From a bacterium (lineage in GTDB: Bacteria; Electryoneota; Electryoneia; Electryoneales; Electryoneaceae), in NCBI GenBank assembly GCA_963669175.1, contig OY769902.1:256001-320000 (forward strand): a stretch of 64,000 bases of DNA, written 5' to 3'. A program made the position numbers and the translations under genes. Positions 51,465 to 61,918 of the stretch are shown piece by piece. The notes under the pieces are model-generated. The model searched no databases and was not told the origin of the DNA. It saw only the letters and a program-made list of their open reading frames with translations. How positions within the stretch are numbered: the stretch's first letter is position 1; every line of letters begins with the position of its first letter.

Positions 51465-53324
51465 ATGACTGACTTCATCCTGGAAACAAATGCTGCTGTG
51501 CCAGATATTGAGTGGAAGCATGAACCTTTCACTGAGCAGCCCTGGTCCCTTGCCACAACTCTGAAGACGTACCGTTACCAGGGAAAGGGCTGGCGTTTTC
51601 ATGGTGTTATTCTTCCTGATGCCTTGCATACTCTTGCGGAGGACAGCAATTGGTTCATGATTGTATATGGCCATCCTTATGCCTCTGCCCACTGGCAACC
51701 TGACAGGATGGGGCCAACGCCATCCGGACGCTTGCAGGCTTCTCAACTCCTGGCCTTGTGGATTGATCACGGTGCAGCTTGTACACAAAGAATCGCCGGT
51801 GATTACGCCCTGATTATCCTGGAAAAAAATACACTTCAGATTCAATTGCTGGGTGGGATGCAGCTACTGAGATTTGTGTATTATCATGCAGCAGGCTATA
51901 CCGTACAAGTAACTACCTCCCTGTATGAAGCGGCACGACTGGCCGATACTGCCCCGAAACCTGATCCTGCAACCCTGATTGAAACAGCTATCTTTGGGCA
52001 TTCCCTCGGTGAAAAGACCTTGTGGAAGGGATACAGTTCCCTGTTACCCGGCGAGCATGTTCAGCTTTCCTATACAAATTTCTTCCGGAAATTCTGGATT
52101 AACATGTCCGACAATTTCCACAATATTAAATCTCTGAACCTTGACCAGTCCATCGAAGCGGGGGCGCTGGCCCTGTCCAACTGCGTTGCTTCGATGTCCA
52201 AAGATATACAGAAAATGAGAATCCCTCTTTTCCTTGGCTTCGATTCACGGTTGATTCTTTCCATGATGTCCCAGGGGAAAACGTCCTTGAATGGCATCAC
52301 CCTTGGCGGCGCGGATATTCTTGACCAGACACAAGTAGCCAAGATCGCCTCTTCCGTATCACTGCCGTTGACCGAAGTACCCCTGGACGATGAATTCGTC
52401 AATTATTTCCCGGACTTCGGCCTGCATGTTATTAAACTGGTTGATGGTTTCTACTCGTTTGAGCGCTCTTTCAATCCCTACATGATGTACAAGACCCGTG
52501 ATCTGTCCAACTTTGTCATCACCGGGTCTATTGGCGGCGATCTGTTACAGCCATTCCGTAAAATCGGGACCATGGTAACTGAACTGGGATTCAAGATTCT
52601 TACTGCACACAGTCCCGTGGATACCATGAACAGCCTGTTCTCGGAAATTGTAGCGGAGTGTCCGTGGATTCGTGAAGAGATTTTCAACAGCTATTTTGAT
52701 GAAGCGTTGTCTTCCTATTGGGATCTGCTGGGCGCGTTGAGCAATGTGTTTGAACCGCACGTTCGCTTTTACTATTTCATCCTGAAAGATTCTATCCGCA
52801 AGTGGTATGGCTCCCAGATCATGTCCGAACGCACGTTTGGCATCCACTTGACCCCGTTCTGGGATGATGAGTTTGTCCGTGTGGCGCTGCAATGCCCCTT
52901 TACCCCGATTACCAGTACCACCTCAGGGCCTTCGGTGGGCAATACCATGAAGGCGTTCCAGTTTTATTCCAAGTTGATCGAGAAATACAATTCTGCGTTG
53001 TTGGGTGAAACAACGAAATATGGTTTCGCGCCTGCAGACCTGCTGAGCCCGATGGGACGTCAAAAAGTCCGCATGCAGCATGTCTTTAAAAAATGGTCGG
53101 TTTCTTCACACAAACCCGGCCTGCCCTACGAAAAATGGGACCGTGAATTCCTGTGGAAAATGCTGCCACGCCTCGAGCTGAACGACGAGTTGTTCAACGT
53201 GAACATCGTTGATGATTTTGAGGAAGGTTCCTGGAAGGCGGATCGTCTGCACTACGCCCGTACCGTCTCACAAGCCATGACCCTGGCCCTCTGGAACAAC
53301 GGCCTGAAAGACCCCTGGTTGTAG
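51465..53324 (+). CDS. Asparagine synthase-related protein (degenerate motifs)
   Basis: GDYALII, LLPGE, IPLFLGFDSRLIL (cf. LSGGLDS), ITGSIGGDLL, TPFWD. Confidence 0.7.
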   Translation: MTDFILETNAAVPDIEWKHEPFTEQPWSLATTLKTYRYQGKGWRFHGVILPDALHTLAEDSNWFMIVYGHPYASAHWQPDRMGPTPSGRLQASQLLALWIDHGAACTQRIAGDYALIILEKNTLQIQLLGGMQLLRFVYYHAAGYTVQVTTSLYEAARLADTAPKPDPATLIETAIFGHSLGEKTLWKGYSSLLPGEHVQLSYTNFFRKFWINMSDNFHNIKSLNLDQSIEAGALALSNCVASMSKDIQKMRIPLFLGFDSRLILSMMSQGKTSLNGITLGGADILDQTQVAKIASSVSLPLTEVPLDDEFVNYFPDFGLHVIKLVDGFYSFERSFNPYMMYKTRDLSNFVITGSIGGDLLQPFRKIGTMVTELGFKILTAHSPVDTMNSLFSEIVAECPWIREEIFNSYFDEALSSYWDLLGALSNVFEPHVRFYYFILKDSIRKWYGSQIMSERTFGIHLTPFWDDEFVRVALQCPFTPITSTTSGPSVGNTMKAFQFYSKLIEKYNSALLGETTKYGFAPADLLSPMGRQKVRMQHVFKKWSVSSHKPGLPYEKWDREFLWKMLPRLELNDELFNVNIVDDFEEGSWKADRLHYARTVSQAMTLALWNNGLKDPWL

Positions 53325-53452
53325 TTCGCACGGTAAAACCGTGGTTGCATTATGATTTACCATACTCTTTCATAAATGGCATTCTGACGCTCATGAGGCC
53401 ATAAATACATTTAATATATTCTCTTATTTCTTATTCACTTACACAGTCATAT

Positions 53453-53516
53453 TGCAAGATTCCGACCTGCTCCACTGCAAATTTCCGACCCATTAGACTG
53501 CAAGATTCCCGACCTG
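53453..53516. repeat. Three 23-bp-period direct repeats
   Basis: TGCAA(G/A)(A/T)TTCCGACC at 53453, 53476 and 53499. Confidence 0.6.
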
Positions 53517-53579
53517 TAGTGAGCTGTGTAGAAAAGGAAGCGGGGCAGCGAGGTCGTCTGTCAGAGGGAGGCAGGTCCG

Positions 53580-56500
53580 CTACCGTTCTTTCACTTTCAC
53601 GATGATCTCAGTAATCACTGTTCCGGAATCCAGCCCGGTGCCGTCATCCACGGTCAGTTTTACCCGATAGACACCTGTTTTGGCGAAAGCATGACGCACA
53701 CGTGAACCTGTCCCTGTGGTGCCGTCACCGAAGTCCCAGGCATAGGTCAGCGGGTTGCCATCAGGGTCGTACGTGTCCCTGGCGTCGAACAGGATTTCTT
53801 CATCCGCGCCTCCGGCCCGGGCGATACGGTCCAGCGAGCCAACTTCAACAACCGGTGAGGTGTTCACTTCGACCATTACCGTATCGGATACGGTTGCACA
53901 GATGGTCCCGGAATTGTCAGTCACCGTCAATACAGCCGTGTACAGGCCGGTCTTTTCATATTCGTGGGTGACAACCATACCTTCCGCGCCGGTGCCGTCC
54001 CCGAAGTTCCATTGGTAGCTGGTGAACAGTCCGTCGGGATCATGGGAAATGCTGCCGTCAAAAGTCGCCTTTTCTTTCGGGCTGATGGCGAAGTCTTTAC
54101 CGGCATAAGGGATCGGCGGCGTATTCACCAGCACCACTTTTACCGTCTGCACCTTGCTGTTGCCAACCTGCTTGCCATCATCCACGATCAGGCTGACAAG
54201 GTACATTCCCGGACGTTTGAAACTGTGGGAAACTGCACGTCCCTCGGCTTTGGTGCCGTCCCCCATGTCCCATTTCCACGCTACCAGGTCTTCCGCGCCG
54301 GTCGCGTCGTGAAAGCTCAGCTCTTCCCCGGCGCAGGCGACTCGTGGACCGACAATGGTCGGTTCTGGTGTGGGGTTGACCGTCACAACAACTGTATCCA
54401 TATCCCAATTATTGGACACATCGGTATTGTCGGTCACATGCAGCAACACAATATACTCGCCGCTCTGCGCGTAGCTTTTCCGTAAACGAATATTGTTCGC
54501 CCTGGCGCCATCGCCGAAATCCCATTCGTAGCGGGTGATGGTGCCGTCGGTATCTTTCGAAGCGGTGGCGTCAAAGATGATTTCCTCACCGATGCCGACA
54601 AAATGATCCTCACCTGCCTGTGCATCGGGCCGAGCATTAACCGTAACCACCTGCTGCGCCACACTACGGTTGCAGCTCGCTTTCGAGCTGGTGGTCACGG
54701 TCAGTGAAGCGTAATACACACCCCACTTTTCGTAGGTATGCGATACAATGTCGCCTTCCCCACGAGTACCATCACCCAGGTTCCATTCATAGGAGATAAT
54801 CTCGGCGCCGCCACTGGTGGACTGACCGCCGTTAAACGTCACCGGTTCTTTATTGGCTAACAGTTCCGGCACTTCAATAATGGCCGCCGGGGCTTCGTAT
54901 ATGGTCACTGAAACTTCATCGGTTGACGTATTGTCGCATTCACCCATACGGTCGCCGGTAACATTCAGCAGGACACGATACTCCCCGGCGGATTTGTAGG
55001 TATGCGTAGGTGTCGGCCCCAGCATGGTGGAACCGTCCCCGAAATCCCAGTGATACTCGTTGACCAGGCCATCGGAATCGTAGGAACGGGTGCCGTCGAA
55101 TCGGATTTCCGTATTCGCGCAGGCCACAATATCCGGCCCGGCATCCGCTACCGGGGATTCACCCACGTCAACCGTAATCTGATCTGATGCACGGTTACAC
55201 TCCAGCCCTGACGCATCTTCAACAGTCAAAACCACCTGGTAGGTTCCGCCACGTTCGTAGCGTTTTGCCGGGTTCACGCCACGCGCCTGGGTGCCGTCTC
55301 CGAAATCCCAGAAATACTTGAGCGGCCCGCCTTCAGGGTCTATGGAATAGCTGCCGTCAAAGAATATCATTTCCCCGGCACAGGAGTTGATCGAACCTCC
55401 AGCATTGGCGACTGGCGGTTGATTGATCGTTGCAATCAATGAAGAAACAGCGACAGAGTTTTCCAGCTTTGCGCCGTCGTCAACGGTCAAAGTTACCGGG
55501 TATTTACCACCCCTTTTGAAGGTATGGGTGACCTTCACCCCACGTTCACTTGGGCTGTCATCCCCAAAATCCCAGGTATACAGCAGGTTCTGGCCATCAG
55601 GGTCCATTGACGCGCTACCGTCGAAGGTGAGTGTCATCTGGCAGGTTTCGATATCCGGCCCCGGCTTGGAGATCGGCGAAGAATTAATCAGAATCTCAAT
55701 ACGGTCCTGCGCAGTACTGTTCGCAACGCCGGCATTATCCACCACGGTAAGGGTTGCGGTATACAAACCGCCCCGTTCGAAGGAACGCTTGATCTTCGCG
55801 CCCTGTGCCGAACCTTCTCCATCGCTGAAATCCCAGTAGAATGCAACCAGTTCGCCATCGGGATCATAGGAACGACGCGCGTTAAACGTCATCTCCACAT
55901 CGGGTGAACTGCTGCGGTCGCCACCGGCATTGGCTATCGGGGCTTCGTTGACTACAACATAGGTCTCGTCAATTCCCCACGCTTCCTCGTGGCAGGTGTT
56001 GTCCCGCACTGTCAGCATCACCGTATAACTGCCCGGCTTGTCATAAACATGTACCGGTGTGGGTGTGCCTTTGATTTTGGAAGTCGATGAAACGGTTGCC
56101 AGGTTGGGTTCAGCCATCGGTTCGGGTTCTGCAGCCACACTGTCGGAAACACTGACTGTTGTATCAGTAATGCCCGCGACGGTATCCGGCACAACCACTT
56201 CGGACGAATCGGGAATTTTCTCTTCAGTTTCAGGTGGCGCGGCATCGGTCAGGGATGTCGTGCCATCACCATAATCCCACTCCCAGCAGATGATTTCACC
56301 ATCCGGATCAATAGAGGCTGTGCCATCAAAATGGACTTGCTGTCCCGGCGCGACTACCTGGTTGGCCCCGGCATCGGCAAGGGGCTGATGGTTCACCTCC
56401 ACATTCATCTGGGCGCTGGTCTTATTCGTGGACGTGCCAGAATTATCCGTAACTGTCAGCGTAATGGTGAATACACCCGGGTTGCGGTAGGTGTGTATCG

Positions 56501-58607
56501 GCGATGCTTCTTCAGAAGTCCGTCCATCACCGAAATCCCAGAGATACGCAACAATCTCGCCATCAGGATCGTAGGATCTGCTTCCATCAAAGTTCAACTG
56601 GCTGGATGTCACCAGGGTGTCATTGCCCGGAACCGCCACCGGGGGTTCATTAATGCGAACGACAATGCTGTCTATGGCTGTATCGGTTGACGTTTTTGAA
56701 TCATCCATGACCGACAATGCGACGCGGTATTCACCCGGTTTGGCATACACATGGGTCAGGCGTGGCCCGATTTTCACATACCCATCACCGAAATCCCACT
56801 GGTAGGAGACGATACGGCCATCACGGTCAAATGATGCCGTCCCGTCAAACTCCAGCTCTTCCCGTGCGCTGCCGACCTTATTGCTTCCTGCTACCGCGAC
56901 CGGTTGATTATTGACGTGCACTTCCATGGTATCGCGCGCAACGCTGTTGCCCGTGGCGGCGTCATCTTCCACGGTACAGATCACAAAATACTTGCCCGAT
57001 TTGTCATAGACATACTGGACTTGCTGTCCTTCCAGCACTGTGCCGTCACCCATATCCCAGCGATGTACGGAAATCACACCATCAAGATCCTGCGACAATT
57101 CCGGGGTGAAGATCAGCGTATCACCGGGCGATGCGGTGCGATCTGCTCCGATATTCAGGATCGGTGCAGCGTTTACTGTGACTGTCAACGTATCTGAATC
57201 ATTATTGCAGGGATGCCCGGAGGTATCTTCCACCTTGAGCACCACGGTATATTTGCCGGGATTTTCGTAGGAATGGACGGTTTTTTCGCCCTCGCCATAC
57301 TCCCCATCCCCGAAACTCCAGGTATAAATCAGGCTGTCCCTGTCTGCGTCTGACGAAGCGGAAGCGTTAAAACCAAGTGGCTGTCGTGGCGGGGTAAGCA
57401 GGTCAATGCCTGCATCGGCTACCGGGGGATAATTCACATGGACAAGAATCTCGTCACGAGAGCTGTTGCCCACATGACCCGATTCATCGCTGACAAGCAA
57501 CTCAACATAATAATCGCCTGGTCCGCCGAAATCGAAGGTTGTGCGCATCCCGGTTGCCGTTGCGCTGTCGCCGAAAAACCAGGTGAATTGCATCGGGTCA
57601 CGGTCTTTATCCACTGTGCGGGAAGCATCCAGCATCATTGAACGGCAATCCGCCATCGGCTCGATTTTGTAGGCAATCTCAGGACGATGATTGCGTACCC
57701 TGAGCCGAATCGGCAACTCGATGGGAAGCGTCTTGCCCTGGTTGGTGGTCACGTAAAATGTGGCGTCATTGGGCATCTCTTCGCCGCCCTCGAACGCCAA
57801 CGCTCCATAAACACCTTTTTCACGTTCAATCAGCTCAACCGTACTCTCTATCCATTCATCCTGCCCCGAGGGGGCCACCACCAGCGAGGAACGGTACTTC
57901 GTTTCCACCGTCATATCTGCGCCGGTCAGGTCAAAATTGTGTACGGTCACCGATTCAATGGAGTCCGGAATACGGAATTTCATTTCCGCGAACACACCAC
58001 GCCAGGGCAGGCGAATGGTGGGTGCATACGTGATCATGGAAACGCCGCTTACCGGTTCACTGCGCTTGGGTTTACGGCTGAGTTCCACGTTATAGATGTT
58101 CGCATCATCCCCGGCCACACCCTGCACAACAAGTTTGAACGCACGCTTGCCATCCACCTCTTCACCCTGCGAAGGGCTGAACTGTACTACCGGTTGCCAG
58201 GTTTTATCGATGAAAGGTTCATCTTTGAAGGTGTGATCGTACAATAACTTCCCGGATGTCAGAACACTTTCTGAAGGGTTGGGGCTGTCGCAACCAGGGC
58301 AGGTCGCTGCCGATTCACCTCCGTAGAAAGCGAATCGTGTCTGGGTATCGTAAAGCTTGTAATAGCGTGAATCATCATTGCCGCCACAATCAGGATCATA
58401 AATCCGCAACCACAGGCTGTCCGTCACATCGGCGGGTACATAGAAGTAAAATACCTGGGTAAAATCGTCATCACCCTCTTGCGTACCGGCTTGGGGTCCA
58501 TAGGTGACAAAGTTCGCAATTTCGTCGGCAAACGCAGGCATCCCAACTGTCAGCAGAATGCCGACAAGCAGGATAAGAATTGCGTTATGTGCCAACAGGC
58601 GTTGCAT
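53580..58607 (-). CDS. Large secreted PKD-domain protein (about 15 PKD repeats)
   Basis: Signal peptide; 15 W(D/N/S/F)(F/M/L/Y)(G/S)D motifs with 'PVADAG', 'S.DPDG' and 'GxYxVxLxV.D' patterns; about 300-aa N-terminal head. Confidence 0.92.
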   Translation of the reverse strand: MQRLLAHNAILILLVGILLTVGMPAFADEIANFVTYGPQAGTQEGDDDFTQVFYFYVPADVTDSLWLRIYDPDCGGNDDSRYYKLYDTQTRFAFYGGESAATCPGCDSPNPSESVLTSGKLLYDHTFKDEPFIDKTWQPVVQFSPSQGEEVDGKRAFKLVVQGVAGDDANIYNVELSRKPKRSEPVSGVSMITYAPTIRLPWRGVFAEMKFRIPDSIESVTVHNFDLTGADMTVETKYRSSLVVAPSGQDEWIESTVELIEREKGVYGALAFEGGEEMPNDATFYVTTNQGKTLPIELPIRLRVRNHRPEIAYKIEPMADCRSMMLDASRTVDKDRDPMQFTWFFGDSATATGMRTTFDFGGPGDYYVELLVSDESGHVGNSSRDEILVHVNYPPVADAGIDLLTPPRQPLGFNASASSDADRDSLIYTWSFGDGEYGEGEKTVHSYENPGKYTVVLKVEDTSGHPCNNDSDTLTVTVNAAPILNIGADRTASPGDTLIFTPELSQDLDGVISVHRWDMGDGTVLEGQQVQYVYDKSGKYFVICTVEDDAATGNSVARDTMEVHVNNQPVAVAGSNKVGSAREELEFDGTASFDRDGRIVSYQWDFGDGYVKIGPRLTHVYAKPGEYRVALSVMDDSKTSTDTAIDSIVVRINEPPVAVPGNDTLVTSSQLNFDGSRSYDPDGEIVAYLWDFGDGRTSEEASPIHTYRNPGVFTITLTVTDNSGTSTNKTSAQMNVEVNHQPLADAGANQVVAPGQQVHFDGTASIDPDGEIICWEWDYGDGTTSLTDAAPPETEEKIPDSSEVVVPDTVAGITDTTVSVSDSVAAEPEPMAEPNLATVSSTSKIKGTPTPVHVYDKPGSYTVMLTVRDNTCHEEAWGIDETYVVVNEAPIANAGGDRSSSPDVEMTFNARRSYDPDGELVAFYWDFSDGEGSAQGAKIKRSFERGGLYTATLTVVDNAGVANSTAQDRIEILINSSPISKPGPDIETCQMTLTFDGSASMDPDGQNLLYTWDFGDDSPSERGVKVTHTFKRGGKYPVTLTVDDGAKLENSVAVSSLIATINQPPVANAGGSINSCAGEMIFFDGSYSIDPEGGPLKYFWDFGDGTQARGVNPAKRYERGGTYQVVLTVEDASGLECNRASDQITVDVGESPVADAGPDIVACANTEIRFDGTRSYDSDGLVNEYHWDFGDGSTMLGPTPTHTYKSAGEYRVLLNVTGDRMGECDNTSTDEVSVTIYEAPAAIIEVPELLANKEPVTFNGGQSTSGGAEIISYEWNLGDGTRGEGDIVSHTYEKWGVYYASLTVTTSSKASCNRSVAQQVVTVNARPDAQAGEDHFVGIGEEIIFDATASKDTDGTITRYEWDFGDGARANNIRLRKSYAQSGEYIVLLHVTDNTDVSNNWDMDTVVVTVNPTPEPTIVGPRVACAGEELSFHDATGAEDLVAWKWDMGDGTKAEGRAVSHSFKRPGMYLVSLIVDDGKQVGNSKVQTVKVVLVNTPPIPYAGKDFAISPKEKATFDGSISHDPDGLFTSYQWNFGDGTGAEGMVVTHEYEKTGLYTAVLTVTDNSGTICATVSDTVMVEVNTSPVVEVGSLDRIARAGGADEEILFDARDTYDPDGNPLTYAWDFGDGTTGTGSRVRHAFAKTGVYRVKLTVDDGTGLDSGTVITEIIVKVKER

Positions 58608-58619
58608 GCCCGATCCTTG

Positions 58620-60950
58620 TTAGTACTTGTAATCTCGCCGGTTACCGTTATAATCTTCAATACGCACCAGCACCAGCCGCACATCCCCTTCCACACCGGC
58701 AGGAATACGGATACGTCCACGATAATCGTTATACTGTTTCGAGAGTTTCAGCGCCCCGGTGTAACGAAATTCATCAATTTGCAGGATGAATGGCGCGGCT
58801 TCGTGCATCCCGGTGGGATCTTCCACCTTTACCGTCACCCTCACCAGTTCTCCGCCGGTTACATGCAGCGGGTCCACCAGCGCCCTGATCATGGCAGGCG
58901 GTTCGGTGTCCAACTCGATATTCAAGTGACGCACCGCCGGGTTACGCGCTTCATCAAACGCTTCCAGGCTGATCACATTTGCGCCGGAATCCAGCTCCAC
59001 AGTTGCTGCAAAACGCCCCGCCTCATCCAGTGAAACACCCTCGCCGTTCACTCGAAGCGACACACCACCCTGTACAGTTCCGTTCAGGGTAAGCTCTTTG
59101 TTGTTGCGTGTCTGAAGAGGTTCTTCGTCCAGCGTGATCACTGGCGGCAAGGTGTCCACAGTGACCACAAAACTGTCGGCCAGGGTCAAGCCGGACAATG
59201 ATGTTACAAGGATATCGAATACTTCCGTGGGCTCTTTGGCAGTCACATTCAGGAGGAAACTGCCCTCGTCATTGGCCAGGGATCGTCCCTTGAAATCGGA
59301 TTGACGTGATGTCACTTCAATCGTGGCTGACGGGTTGGTTTCACCGTAAAGCGTAACCCTCGGACTCTGACTCAGGAACGTGTTCTGTCCGATCGCGTGA
59401 ATTCCGGCTTCCATGGTCAAAGACATGGTTTCGTTGGCGAAAAAGGTAACCGTAACCGTCTTTTCCGTCTCGTTACCGGCGGGATCGATCACCAGGACAC
59501 GGATATCATTGGCCCCGTCAAGAATGGAAACTTCCCCGGTAAACGCCCCCTCGGAATCTACCTCGGCAGGTTGTCCCTTGATGAACACCTGCATACCGGG
59601 TTCGGTCGCTCCGGTGAAAGTTATCGGGCTTTCATTGACAATGATCCCATCTTTCGGGCTGTGCAATGCAAGGAAAGGCGGTGTGTGATCGATCTGGACA
59701 ATCAGCAGGCGTGGCTGGCTGGAGATTCCCCGCAGGCCATCCATATCCACCCCGGAAACTCGCCAGTACAATTCGCAGTCACGAAGCTCTTCCAGCGTCA
59801 TTTCGGTCAATTGAAGTCCGCTGTATACCCCGGTCACATTGCGGAAGGCGGAATCAGATGCCGTTTCAACCAGATACTGCCCCGCCCCATCGGCTGCTTT
59901 CCAGCTCAGCGACTCTGTTTCCGTATAAGCCGTCGCGCCATCTGCAGGCTGATCCAACCCAGGTTGTACGGCCAGCGAACGAACCGGGTCCAACACACCA
60001 ATTCCACGCGCGACAACCCCTTTACCGGTATTCAATGCAACGCTTGCATCGCCAGATTGGACTTGTAGCGTTCCTTCCATACATGAGATCGCTGTCTTTT
60101 TCGGAGTATGGCTGACCAGGAAATGTGCAGCCGAAGCGGAAATCGTTGCTTCCTCTGTTTTGATAGTCGGACCGGCATGATCAATCGAGGTTGAGCCACC
60201 CGATACGGATATGCTTCCCTCATCCAGTTGTACGATAATCTGCCTGCTGGAATCTGTCTCGTCTTCTGCTTGTGTGATAAAAGTAATTTGTGAGTTCTGG
60301 CCCAGTTGCAGCAGGGTGCCGTCACGGAAACGCAGTTCCGCAAACGCGCCGTGGAACGTGCGAAGCTGATCGCCCGGTTTTAGTGCGCCATACTGCTGCG
60401 CTGTGTTCCAGACAATGTCCTCGGCAGTCTTGGATTCAACTCGTTCGATCCGGTACAGGATAGCCGCCAGCGAAGAGTCATCTTTCTTCTGCTGGCAAAC
60501 CTGTATCGCTGCCCCGGCGATGGTCTGTGCGGATGTTGCCTGCTCCAGCGCTACGGTGAGGGCTTCGTTGCTTCGCTGATCACGGGCCTCGTCAAGCAAA
60601 CCGGCGGCGCTGTCCACTTCCGCAGGCGCCAGTATCAACGCCCCAAGTTCAATGGCCTGCCGGATGAGAACATCAGCTTGATCTATGGCATGAACCGCTT
60701 TGGACAAGTCAGTGACAGGAACCTGAAGGAGCATGCCAGCCGTGACAGAATCAGTCTCTTTCAGGTCGTTGAGCTTGAGAATCTCTTCCCAACGGGACAC
60801 ATCGCCCAGGTAGGTTTCAGCGACCTCACGCACTCCCTGCCCTTCTTTGACTGTCACGGACAGAGCGCCACCTTCCGGCTCTTTGGCAAAAGCCGTCGAA
60901 AACAAAATCACCAACGTGAGTAAACAGCAAACACGTCCAAGCAGGCGCAT
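58620..60950 (-). CDS. LysM, helical, FecR, Fn3 and Ig-like domain protein
   Basis: LysM (VKEGQGVREVAETYLGD...ILKLNDL....VTAGMLLQVP), FecR (GDQLRT....AELRFRDGTLLQLGQNSQI), Ig repeats (G.TEPG, G.N.I....D.AGN). Confidence 0.85.
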   Translation of the reverse strand: MRLLGRVCCLLTLVILFSTAFAKEPEGGALSVTVKEGQGVREVAETYLGDVSRWEEILKLNDLKETDSVTAGMLLQVPVTDLSKAVHAIDQADVLIRQAIELGALILAPAEVDSAAGLLDEARDQRSNEALTVALEQATSAQTIAGAAIQVCQQKKDDSSLAAILYRIERVESKTAEDIVWNTAQQYGALKPGDQLRTFHGAFAELRFRDGTLLQLGQNSQITFITQAEDETDSSRQIIVQLDEGSISVSGGSTSIDHAGPTIKTEEATISASAAHFLVSHTPKKTAISCMEGTLQVQSGDASVALNTGKGVVARGIGVLDPVRSLAVQPGLDQPADGATAYTETESLSWKAADGAGQYLVETASDSAFRNVTGVYSGLQLTEMTLEELRDCELYWRVSGVDMDGLRGISSQPRLLIVQIDHTPPFLALHSPKDGIIVNESPITFTGATEPGMQVFIKGQPAEVDSEGAFTGEVSILDGANDIRVLVIDPAGNETEKTVTVTFFANETMSLTMEAGIHAIGQNTFLSQSPRVTLYGETNPSATIEVTSRQSDFKGRSLANDEGSFLLNVTAKEPTEVFDILVTSLSGLTLADSFVVTVDTLPPVITLDEEPLQTRNNKELTLNGTVQGGVSLRVNGEGVSLDEAGRFAATVELDSGANVISLEAFDEARNPAVRHLNIELDTEPPAMIRALVDPLHVTGGELVRVTVKVEDPTGMHEAAPFILQIDEFRYTGALKLSKQYNDYRGRIRIPAGVEGDVRLVLVRIEDYNGNRRDYKY

Positions 60951-61321
60951 GATTCAGTCCGCTTCAATGTCTGGGCTGAAAACAACCGTCATCAAACGAG
61001 CAAATTGTATTCCCACGAGGATACAATCGATTTCTCAACACGGATAATGTAACAAATCAAGACTCGCGAAACATATGGATTTCCCATTTATTCTGTGAAC
61101 ATGTTGAGATTGTGCCACTTAAACAAACCTGCGAAGTATCCCCCCTCATCTACTTGAAATTACTCTATCTAACCACACGATAGATCGAAAAACTGTTCTG
61201 TTTGGGCAGACTTTTCCTGCTCATTCTCTACGGACCACCCGGCGATGTCCCTGTTGGAGATGCAACTTCTTGAGCGCATGAAGAGGGAGGATGAGGTTCG
61301 ATTCGGACAAGAGCCCGAGTT

Positions 61322-61357
61322 GAATTAAGAATTAAAAATGAAGAATTAAAAATTGAA
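61322..61357. repeat. 7-bp AT-rich tandem repeat
   Basis: GAATTAA GAATTAA AAATGAA GAATTAA AAATTGA. Confidence 0.55.
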
Positions 61358-61478
61358 CTGCATTGCGATTTAACGATTCGCGGAGTGAATTGCGGACTTG
61401 GTCGGATAGCCTGCATGGCCCGAGTTGTCGTGGCGATTAATGACTTTCACAGGGGTCACTTCCTGTCGCACAAAATGC

Positions 61479-61724
61479 TGCATGGCCCGACTTACCGGGT
61501 GTGCTGTATGACATTCTCGTATTGCCGACAACATCAGTCAATCATTGTCCTGTGATGCGGGTGATGAGCAAGTCGGGAACTGCGGACGGGTGGCCCTGTA
61601 CGTTTCAAGCAGTTCTGCAGGGCGTGCATGGCCCGACTTACCGGGCGTGCTGTATGACATTCTCGTATTGCCGACAACATCAGTCAATCATTGTCCTGTG
61701 ATGCGGGTGATGAGCAAGTCGGGA
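61479..61724. repeat. Two 100-bp direct repeats (period 146)
   Basis: 61479-61578 and 61625-61724 are nearly identical; each is bracketed by the inverted repeat CCCGACTT...AAGTCGGG. Confidence 0.85.
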
Positions 61725-61918
61725 TTGAGGAGAGGTTCACTACTTTGCCAATTCATAGCTATCAGATCTGGTCACATTCCCGACTTTGCCCAAAACCATC
61801 TCATGAGCGAAGAAGCCCTGTTAGTCAATCAAGAACAATGGAGATCTCAACCCCATCACAAGGCAAAATCGGGCTACCAAACTGACCTTCTTTACCTTTT
61901 TTACCTTCTTTACTTTTT

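Noticed and set aside
51465-53324. Lasso peptide cyclase
   Set aside because: No precursor peptide, transglutaminase-like B protein or RRE gene is adjacent.
61290-61320. GGTTCGATTC T-loop-like sequence
   Set aside because: No surrounding cloverleaf or CCA end.
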